Shown here one piece after another: positions 20,390 to 32,000 of a stretch of 64,000 nucleotides of DNA (within the stretch, counting starts at the first letter, position 1; each line of letters opens with the position of its first letter). The stretch covers positions 128,001 through 192,000 of the forward strand of contig CAVVUS010000030.1 of the NCBI GenBank assembly GCA_963751345.1, given 5' to 3'. Both the position numbers and the translations under genes were made by a program. This DNA is from an uncultured Chloroflexia bacterium (GTDB taxonomy: Bacteria > Chloroflexota > Anaerolineae > B4-G1 > SLSP01). The notes below the pieces were generated by a model. It was given only the letters and a program-made list of their open reading frames with translations. It was not told the DNA's origin and searched no databases.

Positions 20390-21692
20390 TCAGATCTCAC
20401 CCCAGCCGCGGGTCGAAACGAGCTCCTCTCCCTCCAGCGGTTGGCGCAGTCGATAGAGGGCCCGCACAATCTCCGGCGCTGCAATGAAGACGATGATCAA
20501 CCCCTGCACAATCGAGGTGAGGTCGAGCGGTACTTGAGCAATGCCCTGCATATTCTGCGCGCCCGCCCGCAGCGCGCCGAAGAGAAGCGAAGCCAGTACC
20601 ACTCCCAGGGGATGGCTTTTGCCCAGCAGCGCCAGCGCGATCGCATCGAAGCCATAGCCTGAGGAGAAAGCGTTGGGCATGAAGTGCAGCACGCCCAGGA
20701 TGTCCGTTGCCCCCGAAAGCCCGGCCAACGCCCCGCTTAGCGCCATCGTGATCACGATGGTTCGCGCGACATTCATGCCGGCATAGCGCGACGCCCGCGG
20801 GTTCTGCCCCACCGTCCGGATTTCGTACCCGACCGTCGTCTTGTACAGCAGCCACCAGACCACGAACGCGAAGATCAGGGCCAGCGGGAAGCCGAGATTG
20901 ACCCGGAGTTCGACGCGGTTCGGGAAGAACTGCGGGAGGTAGGCACCCGGCAAGATCTCGGGGCTGACCGGGCGGCCATCGCCGCGAGCCATCGGTCCCC
21001 CCACATCCAGCAGATAATCCGCCAGGCGGAAAGCAATGTAGTTCATCATAATGGTGTTGATGACCTCGTGTGCTCCCGTCTTGGCCTTGAGATACCCCGG
21101 AATCGCCCCCCAGATGCCGCCGCCGACCATTCCGGCAAGCAACGCCAAGCGGAACGTGGATAATGCCCGGCAAGCCCTTGAAACTGTAACCCACAAAGAC
21201 AGTCGCCAGCCCCGCCACGAAATACTGGCCCTCGGCGCCAATGTTGAACAGACCGCCCTGGAAACCCAGGGCGACGCCAAGGCCCGCGAAGATGTAGGGC
21301 GTCGCGATGCGGAGGGTCTCGGTCAAGGGATAGATCGCACGCAGAATCTGGCTTCTTTGGCCGCTGGCCAGCGCCGTGACCAGGGTCACAGGATTGCCGA
21401 AGGCACCCGTAAAGAACGCACCGTAAGCACGGCCGATGACGATCAGTGCCTGCAGGAGGCCGCGTCCAACCCCGGTCCTGAAAGCCGCGTAGACCGAATC
21501 GTCGGTGAACGCGATCAACAAGGCGCCAATGATCAGCGCCGTAACGATCGCCAGAAACGGGACCAGCAGGGACCTCCACCATTGCCGTGAGCTGGGCCGC
21601 AGGTCCTGTTGCGATGGCTCTGTGGCTTCCGGCTTAGCCTCGCGGCGGCGCTTCCCGTTCTCCCCTTCCGCGGTCTTTTCGTCCATGGACAC
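20390..21692 (-). CDS. Nucleoside/sugar ABC transporter permease I; frameshift near 21150
   Basis: GLFNIGAEGQY in ORF 20397..21692 continues as GAHEVINTIMMNY...GFDAIALALLG in ORF 20390..21280. Confidence 0.88.
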
Positions 21693-21743
21693 TCCTTTGC
21701 CGAAGAGGCGATCGCCATAACAGAGACTGGGCGACGCCCTGTC

Positions 21744-23261
21744 CTACGCCTTCGCCGCAATACCCGCCATCAGCAGCCCCAACTGCTCCTTCGTCGCGAC
21801 CTTGGCGTCCACCGTCCCCATGACCTTGCCCTCGTACATGACCATAATCCGATCCGCCAAGGCCATCACCTCATCGAGCTCTGCGGAGACCACAAAGACG
21901 GCCGCGCCTTCATCTCGCTTCTTGACCAACTGCGCGTGGATATACTCTATCGATCCGACATCCAGCCCTCGCGTCGGCTGCGCTGCAATCGTCAACCTCA
22001 CCGAGCGGCTTAGCTCTCGGGCAACGATGACCTTCTGCTGGTTGCCCCCGGACAAATCGCCCACGGGGGTAGCAGGACTCGGCGTGCGCACGTCATACTC
22101 TGCGATCAGGCGCTCAGCCCGTTCCATGATCACCGACTCTTGCATCACCAGACCCTTGGCCACCGGCGGACGGTAGTATGTATTGAGGATCATGTTGTCG
22201 GCGACCGAGTAACTCAGAACGACCCCGTCTCGCTGCCGATCCTCCGGAATGTGTGCGGTCCCCTGCTCGGTAATCGCCCGCGGGGAGGCATTCGCCAACT
22301 GCTTGCCGGCAATCTCGATGTGCCCGCTCTCCACCCCTCGCAGCCCCGTCAGCGCCTCGACCAGCTCTGTCTGCCCGTTCCCCTGGACCCCGGCGACCCC
22401 CACGATCTCCCCGCCCCTTACCTGGAACGTGATCCCGGCGACCGCGCCCTTTCCTTGGTCACCCCTCACGTAGAGATCCTCGACGTTCAGCATGACATCG
22501 CCCGTCTTGGCGGGTCCCTTCGGTACCTGCAGAATCACCTCGCGCCCTACCATCATCGAGGCCAGACTTCGCTCGTTGCTCTCCTGTGGCGTCGTCGACC
22601 CCACGGACCGGCCTCGCTGCAACACCACGATCCGGTCGGAGATCTCCAGGACTTCCTTGAGCTTATGCGAGATGAAGATGATCGACTTCCCCTGGGCCAC
22701 CAAAGACCTGATCACCTCAAACAGACCTTCGACCTCCTGCGGCGTCAGGACTGCCGTAGGTTCATCCAGGATCAGGATGTCGGCGTTCCGATAGAGCAGC
22801 TTGATGATCTCCACACGCTGCTGAATGCCTACGGGTAGATCCTCCACCTTCGTCGCGGGCTCGACCTGGAGGCCATGTTGGTCGGAAATCTCTCGAATCC
22901 GGTCCGCGGCTGTGGCCCGATCCAACACAACCCCATACTTGATGGACTCCATGCCGAGCATCACGTTTTCGGTCACGCTCAGCACGGGGACCAACATGAA
23001 GTGCTGGTGCACCATCCCGACGCCCAGGGCAATGGCATCGCTCGGACTGTGGATTTCGGCCTTCTTGCCTCGTACGAAGATCTCGCCCTCATCCGGGGTA
23101 TACAGGCCATAGAGGATGTTCATCAGCGTGCTCTTGCCTGCACCGTTCTCACCTAGCAGGCCAAGAACCTGACCTTCCTCAAGTCGCAGGTCAATGGCAT
23201 CGTTTGCCAGCACCCCGGGGAAGCGTTTGGTAATCCCTTTGAGTTCCAGCACAGGAGGCAT
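21744..23261 (-). CDS. ABC transporter ATP-binding protein (CUT2-type, duplicated NBD)
   Basis: GENGAGKS, LILDEPT, LSGGNQQK, QPTRGLD. ATG at 23261 follows AGGAG. Confidence 0.93.
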   Translation of the reverse strand: MPPVLELKGITKRFPGVLANDAIDLRLEEGQVLGLLGENGAGKSTLMNILYGLYTPDEGEIFVRGKKAEIHSPSDAIALGVGMVHQHFMLVPVLSVTENVMLGMESIKYGVVLDRATAADRIREISDQHGLQVEPATKVEDLPVGIQQRVEIIKLLYRNADILILDEPTAVLTPQEVEGLFEVIRSLVAQGKSIIFISHKLKEVLEISDRIVVLQRGRSVGSTTPQESNERSLASMMVGREVILQVPKGPAKTGDVMLNVEDLYVRGDQGKGAVAGITFQVRGGEIVGVAGVQGNGQTELVEALTGLRGVESGHIEIAGKQLANASPRAITEQGTAHIPEDRQRDGVVLSYSVADNMILNTYYRPPVAKGLVMQESVIMERAERLIAEYDVRTPSPATPVGDLSGGNQQKVIVARELSRSVRLTIAAQPTRGLDVGSIEYIHAQLVKKRDEGAAVFVVSAELDEVMALADRIMVMYEGKVMGTVDAKVATKEQLGLLMAGIAAKA

Positions 23262-23311
23262 GCTTGCTCCTTGCGTATCCACCCACTGCGGTGGGTGCGG
23301 AATATAGAGCA

Positions 23312-23351
23312 AGGAGTAGGGAATAAGGACCTAGCCTTACTCCCTACTCCT
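23312..23351. terminator. Long intercistronic hairpin between the BMP and ATPase genes
   Basis: aggagtagggaataagg / ccttactccctactcct inverted repeat. Confidence 0.6.
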
Positions 23352-23371
23352 ACTTGCTGACTCCGTGTTCC

Positions 23372-24424
23372 CTACAGGCCGGCCAGATACGCAGCCCAGC
23401 CCGTGTCGATCGTACCGTCGATCAGCCCCTGGCGGATGTCCTGGAGCTCGCTCAGCACCTCGGCGGAGACCGTCCCCGCGGCGACGTCGGCCAGGCCTAC
23501 GCCGTCATTTTCCAGCGTGCCGACGTAGGTCTCCCCACCAAAACTGGTGAAACCACTCGCCATCGCGATCTTGATCGTGTCGAAGACCGCCACATCCATG
23601 TTCTTCTTGACACTCGTCAACACGACGTCCGCATACTCAGGCGCGCTGACCGTCCAGTCGGTGTCGACCCCGACCACCCACGCATTTCCCGCCGCCTTCA
23701 CTGCCTCAGCTGTGCCCAGGCCCACCGGACCGGCAACCGGCATGATGATATCGGCACCCTCAGAGAGCAACTCCTCCCCCGTGCGCCGGCCATCGTCCGT
23801 GGACTCGAAGTTACCCACAAAGACACCGTTGTTGTCAGCCGTACTCCAGCCCAGGACCTCGACGCTCGTACCGTGCTGCTGATTGTAGTAGTTGACGCCG
23901 CTCTCAAAGCCCACCATAAAGATGGACACAGTGGTAATGTTGATCCCACCGAAGGTGGCCACCTTGCCGGTCTTGGTCGCAGCAGCGGCAGCATAACCGC
24001 CCATGAAGGCAGCCTGATCGGTCGAGAAGGTCAGACCGCGGACGTTGTCGATAGGCGGATCATACGCGTAGTCCACGATCGCGAAATTGCGGTCGGGATT
24101 CTCCTTCGCGAAAGCAGCCGTATCATCGCCCAACAGGAACCCCACCGTGACGATCAGGTCGGTCCCCTGGTTGAGATACTGCGTGATGTTGGGGGCATAG
24201 TCCGTCTGCTGCTTGGACTCAAGATATGATCCCTCAACTCCCAACTCCTGCTCCGCTCGCACGACGCCCTGCCAGGACGTCGCATTGAACGACTTGTCAT
24301 CAATACCGCCGAGGTCGGTCACCATCCCAACGGTGAATTTGCCGCTCGCCCCACCACCGCACGCCGCCAGGACGAGACTGACCAGCAGGACGGGGACCAA
24401 CATGAATGAAAGACGCTTTTGCAT
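23372..24424 (-). CDS. BMP-family (PnrA/TmpC-like) nucleoside-binding lipoprotein
   Basis: Lipobox LAAC; GGIDDKSFN, VAGPVGLG, VGVDTD. Confidence 0.9.
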   Translation of the reverse strand: MQKRLSFMLVPVLLVSLVLAACGGGASGKFTVGMVTDLGGIDDKSFNATSWQGVVRAEQELGVEGSYLESKQQTDYAPNITQYLNQGTDLIVTVGFLLGDDTAAFAKENPDRNFAIVDYAYDPPIDNVRGLTFSTDQAAFMGGYAAAAATKTGKVATFGGINITTVSIFMVGFESGVNYYNQQHGTSVEVLGWSTADNNGVFVGNFESTDDGRRTGEELLSEGADIIMPVAGPVGLGTAEAVKAAGNAWVVGVDTDWTVSAPEYADVVLTSVKKNMDVAVFDTIKIAMASGFTSFGGETYVGTLENDGVGLADVAAGTVSAEVLSELQDIRQGLIDGTIDTGWAAYLAGL

Positions 24425-24539
24425 TGGATTCAACCTCCCGAGTCTGAATAGAAGCTTGATTGGGTCCGCACTTTTGCTCCGGTGCCTGGGCTGGTCCCCA
24501 AGCTAGGGGATATCGGTCAATTCACCTCCTTTCGAAAAG

Positions 24540-24674
24540 GCGTTGGAACGTCTCCACGTCCTAACCGCTTGCCCTACCGAGCGGTGGGCTTGCGCAGTTC
24601 GGTAGGGCTTGCCTTGAGGATGCCTCAGGACTCTACGTTCAAACGTTCCAGCTTGTCGACGTTCCCACGCTCCC
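24540..24674. repeat. ACGT arrays and a CCCTACCG...CGGTAGGG hairpin; direct-repeat partner of 18997-19049
   Basis: gcgttgga acgtctcc acgtccta accgcttgccctaccg...cagttcggtaggg. A second array at 24635-24674 encodes the ClpC C-terminus. Confidence 0.75.
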
Positions 24675-27099
24675 CTGTCTTGAATTCCAGCCCCTCTTCC
24701 CCCAAATCCACCAGCACTTCCGTCTCCCCCACAAACTGTCCCCGCAGCAGATCAATGCTCAACGGACTCTCTACGTAGCGCTGGATCACGCGCCGCAACG
24801 GCCGTGCGCCGAACTGCGGATCGAATCCTTGCTCCGCCAGCCACCGCTTCGCCTCCTCCGTCAACGTCACGTCCAGCCCGTGTTCCAGCAGCCGCTCGCG
24901 AATCTCCTTCATCTGCAGATCGACGATCTGCTCGACATCCGCTCGCGTCAGATTGTTGAAGATAATGATCTCGTCGACCCGGTTGATAAACTCAGGACGG
25001 AAGGTCTCCCGCAGCGCGGCCAACGTCCTCCGCCCGGCCTCCTCTTCCGCGTCGTCCCTGCCCCTTGCAAAGCCCAGCGCCCCGCCGCGCCGCATGTAGT
25101 CCGTGCCCACGTTCGACGTCATGATCACGACCGTATTGCGGAAATCCACCGTCCGTCCCTGGCCATCGGTCAACCGTCCCTCATCCAGGATCTGCAACAG
25201 CGCGTTCCACACATCCGCATGCGCCTTCTCTATCTCGTCAAACAACACCACCTGGTAAGGCCTGCGCCGCACCGACTCAGTGAGCTGTCCGCCCTGATCA
25301 TATCCCACGTATCCCGGAGGCGCCCCAAAGAGCCGCGACACTGTATGCGCCTCGCGATACTCGCTCATATCCACCCGCAGCAGCGCATCCTCATCGTCGA
25401 ATAGAAACGCCGCCAGCGCCTTCGCCGTCTCCGTCTTGCCCACACCCGAGGCGCCCAGGAACACGAAGCTGCCAATCGGACGTCGCGGATCCTTCAGTCC
25501 CGCGCGTGCCCGCCGGATCGCATCCGCGATCACCCCGATCGCCTCGGCCTGACCCACGATCCGCTCCTCCAGCGCCTCCTCCATCCGCAGCAGCTTGTCC
25601 GCCTCCCGCTCCATCACCTGCGTCAGCGGGATTCCCGTCCACGCCGCCACTACCTCCGCGATGTCCTCCGCCTCCACCGTCTCGTCGATCTGGTGGCTGC
25701 TCAGCCACGCATCGCGCTCCTCGGCGAACACTTGCTCCGCCCGCAGCCGCTCCGTCTTTGCCTCCGCCGCCCGCTCGTACTCCCGCGTGTTCCCCGCCGC
25801 CTCCTCCTCCACCCGCAGCCGCGTGATCTCCGCCTCCATCCGCTTCAGCTCGGGCGGCAGCGTGAACAGCGCTACCCGCAGCTTCGCCGACGCCTCATCC
25901 ATCAGATCGATGGCTTTGTCCGGCAGATGCCGGTCCGTCACATACCGGTGCGAGAGCCGCGCCGCCGCCACCAGCGCATCATCGCTGATCACGACCTTGT
26001 GGTGCGCCTCATAGCGATCGCGCAACCCCCGCAGCATCTCGATCGTGTCCTCCACAGACGGCTCCTCGACGAAGACCGGCGCAAACCGCCGCTCCAGCGC
26101 CCCGTCTTTCTCGATATACTGCCGGTACTCGTCCAACGTCGTCGCGCCGATGCACTGCAGCGTCCCGCGGGCCAGCGCCGGCTTGATCATATTCGACGCA
26201 TCCAGCGCCCCCTGCGCATTCCCCGCCCCGACCACCGTGTGCAGTTCATCGATAAACAGGATGTTCTCGCCCTCCGACCGCTGCAGTTCCTCCAGGATCG
26301 ACTTCAGCCGCTCCTCGAACTCCCCCCGGAATCGCGTGCCTGCTACCAACGCGCCAAGGTCCAGCAACAGCAACCGCCGATGTTTCAGAATCTCCGGCAC
26401 GTCGTCCGCTGCAATGTCCTGGGCCAGTCCCTCCACGATCGCGGTCTTGCCCACCCCCGGCTCACCGATCAGCACCGGGTTGTTCTTCGTACGTCGCACC
26501 AGGATCTGGATCACCCGCTTGATCTCCTGGGATCGCCCGATCACCGGGTCCAACTTGTGTTCCCGGGCCAACTGCGTCAGATCTCGGCTAAACCGCTCTA
26601 GCGTGTGAAACTTGCTCTCAGCCTGAGCAGTGGTCAGATGCTGGCCCCCGCGCATCTGCAGAATTGCCTCCTTCACCCGCTCGTGCGTGATGTTGCTCTC
26701 CGTCAACAGCCGCCCCACGGGCGTGTTGCGCTCCTGCGTGATCGACAGCAGCAGATGCTCCGTTGAGATATATTCATCCTGGAGCGCCGTTGCTTCCTCC
26801 TGGCTGGAGTCCAGCACACGCTTCACCCGCGGTGTGATGAACACCTGCTGGTTGCCCCGTGCACCGTAAATGCCCGGGCGCGGATTGTCGCGCAGCAACG
26901 CATCCAGCGCATCCGTCATCGCCACAGGATCCGCACCCAACTCTGCCAACAGCGCCGGCACCGTGCCATCTTTCTGCTGCACCAACGCCAGCAGGAGGTG
27001 CTCGACGTCCACCTGACTATGGCCGTAGCGGGTCATCAGCTCCACGGCTCTCTGAGCCGCTTCCTGCGCCCGCTCTGTAAAGCGATCAAAACGCATCAT
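24625..27099 (-). CDS. clpC: ATP-dependent Clp protease ATP-binding subunit (ClpC-like)
   Basis: Clp N repeats and two AAA modules ([14 protein letters not shown]; [17 protein letters not shown]), GARPLRR. 824 aa with a short middle domain. Confidence 0.88.
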   Translation of the reverse strand: MMRFDRFTERAQEAAQRAVELMTRYGHSQVDVEHLLLALVQQKDGTVPALLAELGADPVAMTDALDALLRDNPRPGIYGARGNQQVFITPRVKRVLDSSQEEATALQDEYISTEHLLLSITQERNTPVGRLLTESNITHERVKEAILQMRGGQHLTTAQAESKFHTLERFSRDLTQLAREHKLDPVIGRSQEIKRVIQILVRRTKNNPVLIGEPGVGKTAIVEGLAQDIAADDVPEILKHRRLLLLDLGALVAGTRFRGEFEERLKSILEELQRSEGENILFIDELHTVVGAGNAQGALDASNMIKPALARGTLQCIGATTLDEYRQYIEKDGALERRFAPVFVEEPSVEDTIEMLRGLRDRYEAHHKVVISDDALVAAARLSHRYVTDRHLPDKAIDLMDEASAKLRVALFTLPPELKRMEAEITRLRVEEEAAGNTREYERAAEAKTERLRAEQVFAEERDAWLSSHQIDETVEAEDIAEVVAAWTGIPLTQVMEREADKLLRMEEALEERIVGQAEAIGVIADAIRRARAGLKDPRRPIGSFVFLGASGVGKTETAKALAAFLFDDEDALLRVDMSEYREAHTVSRLFGAPPGYVGYDQGGQLTESVRRRPYQVVLFDEIEKAHADVWNALLQILDEGRLTDGQGRTVDFRNTVVIMTSNVGTDYMRRGGALGFARGRDDAEEEAGRRTLAALRETFRPEFINRVDEIIIFNNLTRADVEQIVDLQMKEIRERLLEHGLDVTLTEEAKRWLAEQGFDPQFGARPLRRVIQRYVESPLSIDLLRGQFVGETEVLVDLGEEGLEFKTGERGNVDKLERLNVES

Positions 27100-27126
27100 A
27101 GGTAAAACACCAGCTTTCAGGAAAAA

Positions 27127-27192
27127 ACGTTACCGCGTCGACACATTGGAACGTCTTCACCGTTTTAGCGTTCCAATGTACTTCTGAACGCT
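27127..27192. repeat. Degenerate ACGT array at the rnc/clpC junction
   Basis: acgttacc gcgtcgac acattgga acgtcttc ... gcgttcca. Confidence 0.6.
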
Positions 27193-27891
27193 ACCAGCGC
27201 CGCGCGAGCCGCCGCCTGCTCTGCCATCCGCTTGCTTGCCCCGACGCCCTGCCCGGCGATTGACTGTCCCACCAGGACCTGAGCCGTAAACGTCTTCGCG
27301 TGATCCGGCCCTTCCTCGGCCACAATCTGATACGCCGGCGTCTCGCCAAGCTCAGCCTGGGTCCATTCCTGGAACCGTGACTTCGCATCCACGTAAGACT
27401 CGGCCTCCAGGATCGTATCGGCCTTGCGCGCAAACCACGCCTCCAGCCGCGACCAGACGATCTCCAGTCCCCCATCCAGATACAGCGCCCCGACCGTCGC
27501 CTCCAGCGCATCACACAGATTCGCCGGTCGTCCATCTCCGCCGCTGTCCTCCTCGCCCCGCCCCAGCCGCAGCGCATCCCCAAGCTCCAACTCACCCGCT
27601 AGATCAGCCAGCGACGTCGTGCGCACCAAAGTAGCCCGCAACCGTGTCAGCGGGCCTTCGGGAAAGTCGGGGTACTTGCGATAGAGCCACGCCGCTACCA
27701 GGAAATCCAACACAGCATCGCCCAAGAAACTCGAGGCGTTGATTGTGATGTTCCTCCCCCCCTTCTTCCGGGTGCTCGTGAGCATAGGAGGGGTGGGTGA
27801 GGGCAAGCTCAAGTAACGCTGGGTCCCGGAATTGGTGGTTCAGGTTGGCTTGGACCTTGGTCAAGGCGGCCGTGTCCTCACGCTTACCCAT
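27165..27891 (-). CDS. rnc: Ribonuclease III; +1 frameshift near 27730
   Basis: ALTHPSY...NQRLEF/LGDAVL signature split between two frames; C-terminal dsRBD (EGPDHAKTF). Confidence 0.92.
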
Positions 27892-27985
27892 GAAGTCTCC
27901 TCAACAACCATATACGGAGTAGGATGTGATTTCCTCTCCCTGTCTCGATTATAGCACACTCACGCTTGCGAGGGTAGGAAGGAGA

Positions 27986-28049
27986 GCGCTACAGCGTTTG
28001 CAGATTGATACGTTCACACGGTAGGTTGTCTCAACGTGCGAACGCCGCT
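27986..28049. repeat. Degenerate 8-bp ACGT array
   Basis: gcgctaca gcgtttgc agattgat acgttcac acggtagg ttgtctca acgtgcga acgccgct. Confidence 0.55.
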
Positions 28050-28872
28050 ACAACCCGTAGTACTTCATGATGAGCCACTCAAATAGAATCCCGGGCAACA
28101 CTCGGCTTGCCCACACAGCGACCTTTTCGTAAAACGGTCCGACAACGTAGCGGGGCTTTGGAGTCCGCTGCCTCATAATCCGAACCAGTGTGCGGGCGAC
28201 CAAATCGGGGTTCGGCCCACCTTGCTCATCGGCCTCGATCCTGGCCAGCGCCTTCTCGTATTGTTCGCGGTACGGCGTATACTCCCGCGTCGCCAACGTC
28301 GGTCGCCGGTTAGCGGTAAAAGACGTCCGGATGTCGCCTGGCTCTATGAGGACCACATGAATACCAAAGGACTTGACCTCCATACGTAAGGACGCCGTCA
28401 GCCCCTCCAACGCGAACTTGCTCGCACTGTAGATCCCCTGAAACGGCAGTCCCATCAGCCCTCCAATGGAACTTATGTTCACAATCAGGCCCTGCCCACG
28501 CTCGCGCATATGTGGGAGCACCGCGTGGCAGACCCGCGATACGCCGAAGAAGTTCGTCTCGAAGAGCTGCTTTGCCTCTGCCACAGAGCTGTCCTCGACT
28601 GCGCCCCCGTACCCGAAACCCGCATTGTTCACGACCACGTCCAATCGCCCTTCCTCTGCCAGGATGCCCTCGATCCCCTCCGTCACAGAGCGGGCATCGT
28701 CAACGTTCATCCCAATCAGGCTGAAGTTGGGATCCGTCACATCCGCAGTCGAGGGCGTGCGGCTGGTACCATAGACGCGATGGCCTAGAGTGGAGAGGCG
28801 CCGCGCACAGGCATTGCCAATGCCTGTACGTGCACCGGTGACCAAGATGACTTTGAAGTCTGTGTTGTCCAT
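28048..28872 (-). CDS. Classical SDR oxidoreductase
   Basis: TGARTGIG, NNAG, YSASK. Confidence 0.9.
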   Translation of the reverse strand: MDNTDFKVILVTGARTGIGNACARRLSTLGHRVYGTSRTPSTADVTDPNFSLIGMNVDDARSVTEGIEGILAEEGRLDVVVNNAGFGYGGAVEDSSVAEAKQLFETNFFGVSRVCHAVLPHMRERGQGLIVNISSIGGLMGLPFQGIYSASKFALEGLTASLRMEVKSFGIHVVLIEPGDIRTSFTANRRPTLATREYTPYREQYEKALARIEADEQGGPNPDLVARTLVRIMRQRTPKPRYVVGPFYEKVAVWASRVLPGILFEWLIMKYYGL

Positions 28873-29024
28873 GCCGTCCTTCCTCACGGGTCTGGTGAAT
28901 TCAGGCCGCATCATATCCCAAGCGGTGGCAAGTGCAACCCTCCACAATCAACTCACGCCTCATTCGACGCAGACTCAATTCCGTGTACAATGGGTAGCGT
29001 ATGTTCCACCGTCGTCGAGGAAAA

Positions 29025-32000
29025 ATGAACCGAACTCCAATCTCCTTCGCCTGGGTTGCGCTGCTGGGTATCACGATGGTCGCATTTGCAGTGATCCCCA
29101 TCCGTGGCGCATTGCCCGCGACGGCGGATGCCCAGCCCGATACACGTACGGACGGCGAATCATCCTTTCTGGTCGATGCGGATGCATCGGCCCCGCGCTT
29201 GCGGCTACGAGTAGGGACATTCGATCCTCTGCAGCATGCGATTCCGGTGCCGCAGGGCCAGTCGCGCTATCTGCCCACGTCGCAACCCGCCCTGCGGTTG
29301 ATCCAGTTCCCCGGCCCCATCCAAGACGCCTGGTATGACGAGATGGTTCGAGCCGGCCTGGAGATCGTGACTTATGTGCCGGACTATGCCTACCTCGTGT
29401 GGGGCACCGGCGATGCGGTAGGGCGCGTAGCCTCACGCTCACCGGTGCGCTGGACGGGGGACTACCTCCCGACCTACGCGCTCTATCCGGGGCTTCTCAA
29501 CTCCGCCGACTCCGCCATTGATGTGTCCGTGAACGTCCAGGTCTATCAGCACGACAACGCGAAATCGACGCTCGCTTTGATCGTGGGAGAGGCTACCCGG
29601 GTCGTGCGTGCGCCATCCACACTCCGCAGCAAGACCACACTGGGGATTGAGATCGCGGCGAAGAAGTTGGCATGGCTTGCCAAGCTCCCGGATGTAATCA
29701 CCGTCGAGCCGCTCCTGCAGCCGCAGCCCCTGGACGAGATCCAGGGCCAACTCGTCGCGGGGCAACTGACCCTCGATGGCGCGCAGCCTTCCGGACCTGG
29801 CTATCTCCACTGGCTCACCGCCACGGTAGGGTTCACCACCGTGGCAGATGCCTACCCCATCGTCGACATCACCGATGATGGCATCGATGACGGTGACGCT
29901 ACCCCCCAGCATCCGGACTTCTACGAACTTGGCGACACCAACTTGGCCGATCGCCTGATCTACAACTATAACTGGACGCAGGACCCCGCTGCCGATGGCG
30001 GAGGCGGCCACGGAAACCTTAACGCGTCCATCGTTGGCGGATACAACGCGCTGACCGGCTATCCCTATGAGGATGGCGGGGGCTACAATTACGGGCTGGG
30101 AATCAGTCCCTTCGGACGAATTGCGGGCTCGAAAGTCTTTGGAAATTCGAGCGGGTGGTCTGCCCCAAGCTACTCGGTGCTTGTGGCTAACGCGTATACG
30201 TTAGGTGCACGCATCATCTCGAATTCGTGGGGCGAGCAGCCCGGCACGGGCGAATACCTGGTGGATGACCAAGCCTATGACGCCCTGGTACGCGACGCGG
30301 ACCCGCTGACACCCGGGGAACAGCCTGTCACCATCATCTTCTCGGCGGGCAACTCGGGGCCCAACGCTACCACGACAGGCTCGCCTGCAAACGCAAAGAA
30401 TGTCATCTCGGTGGGCGCATCGGAGAACTATCGGCCAACGTGGACCGATGGTTGTGGCTTCGGCCCAGCCGCGGCCAACAATGCTAATGACATCGCGAGC
30501 TTTTCCAGCCGGGGGCCCACGGTTGACGGGCGGATGAAACCCGAGTTGGTCGCGCCGGGCACACACATTCAGGGAGCCGCAACCCAGAGCACCTCATATA
30601 CCGGTGCCTACGTCTGTGACACCTACCACCCCATCGGACAGACGCTCTATGCAGCGTCGTCCGGAACCAGCCATTCCGCGCCGGCTGTGGCCGGGGCTGC
30701 CTCCCTATTCTTCCGCTTCTACCAGGATCACTACGCCGACACGCCACCCAGCCCGGCTATGGTGAAGGCTTACCTCGTCAACGCAGCGCGCTACCTTGAT
30801 GGAGTCAGCTCGGGCGATACGCTTCCGTCCTATCAACAGGGCTACGGCGCTCTTGACTTGGGCTCAGCCTTTGAAGATGTCCCGCGGATCGTGCAGGATC
30901 AGGAAACGGTACTCCATTCCACCGGCGAATCCGTGGTACTTGAGGGATCCATCGCTCGAAACGACATTCCGTTTCGGGTAACCCTTGCCTGGACCGATGT
31001 CCCCGGCCCGACGACGGCCGCGGCGTACGTCAATAATCTCGATCTCGTGGTCACCGTCGGAGGACAGACCTACCGCGGCAACAGCTTCTCGGGTGCCACG
31101 TCAATCCCCGGGGGCAGCGCCGATCCTCGCAACAACGTGGAGAGCGTCTTCCTGCCGGCGGGCGTGCAAGGCACTTTCGTGATCTCGGTCGAAGGCACAA
31201 ACGTTGCCGGTGACGGGGTACCCGGCAATGGAGATCCCACAGACCAGGATTTCGCCCTGGTCTGCACCAACTGCCAGCGATCCTCCGGCTTCGCCTTTCA
31301 GGTGACACCGTACCACCCAGGCGGTCTGCCGGCCCAGCTCCGCGATCTTACACGGTGAGCACGACCGCGTTTGCCGGCTACGTGGAAGAGATCGCGCTGC
31401 AGACAGCCGGACAGCCTGCCGGCGCCACGACGGTCTTCACCCCTAATCCCGTCGTGGCGGGTATGGAAAGCACACTGACGATCGATCCGGCGGAACAGGC
31501 TGCCCCGGGCAACTATCTCATCGATGTGACAGGCGCCACTCCGACACAGGTCCAGACGGTGACGATCGGCCTCGATCTCTTTGTGTCCTCGCCCGGCACA
31601 CCCGGGCCGGTCAGCCCGATCGATGGCGCAGAGAACGTGTCGCTACGACCGACGCTCTCCTGGGCATCCGTGCCACAGGCTCAGCTCTATACCGTCGAGG
31701 TCTCGATGGATTCGACTTTCTCAAACCTCGTCTACACCGCTACATCAAAGACGGTCAGCCACACCCTGACGCAGGCGTTGGCACAGGACACCCTCTATTA
31801 CTGGCGCGTCATCGCGGAGAATGTCTGTGGGCCGGGCACGGCCTCCGAGGCCTATGGCTTCACGACGCAACCCAACGCCCTCCCGCTGTGTAGCGAACCG
31901 CACCTGGGAATCCCGGATGCCAATGCTGTAGGTGTCACAGATCTTCTTCAGGTCCCGTCGGATGGCGCACTGACCGACCTGAATGTCGAGATCTCCCTGA

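Noticed and set aside
25693-26601. Long antisense ORFs opposite clpC, rho, xdhD, DUF4914 and others
   Set aside because: These are shadow ORFs expected from high-GC codon bias; they have no recognisable motifs or RBS.
31300-31360. Programmed frameshift or stop-codon readthrough in the S8 protease and other split genes
   Set aside because: The breaks change frame rather than being in-frame stops, lack consistent slippery motifs, and are repaired by removing single bases.
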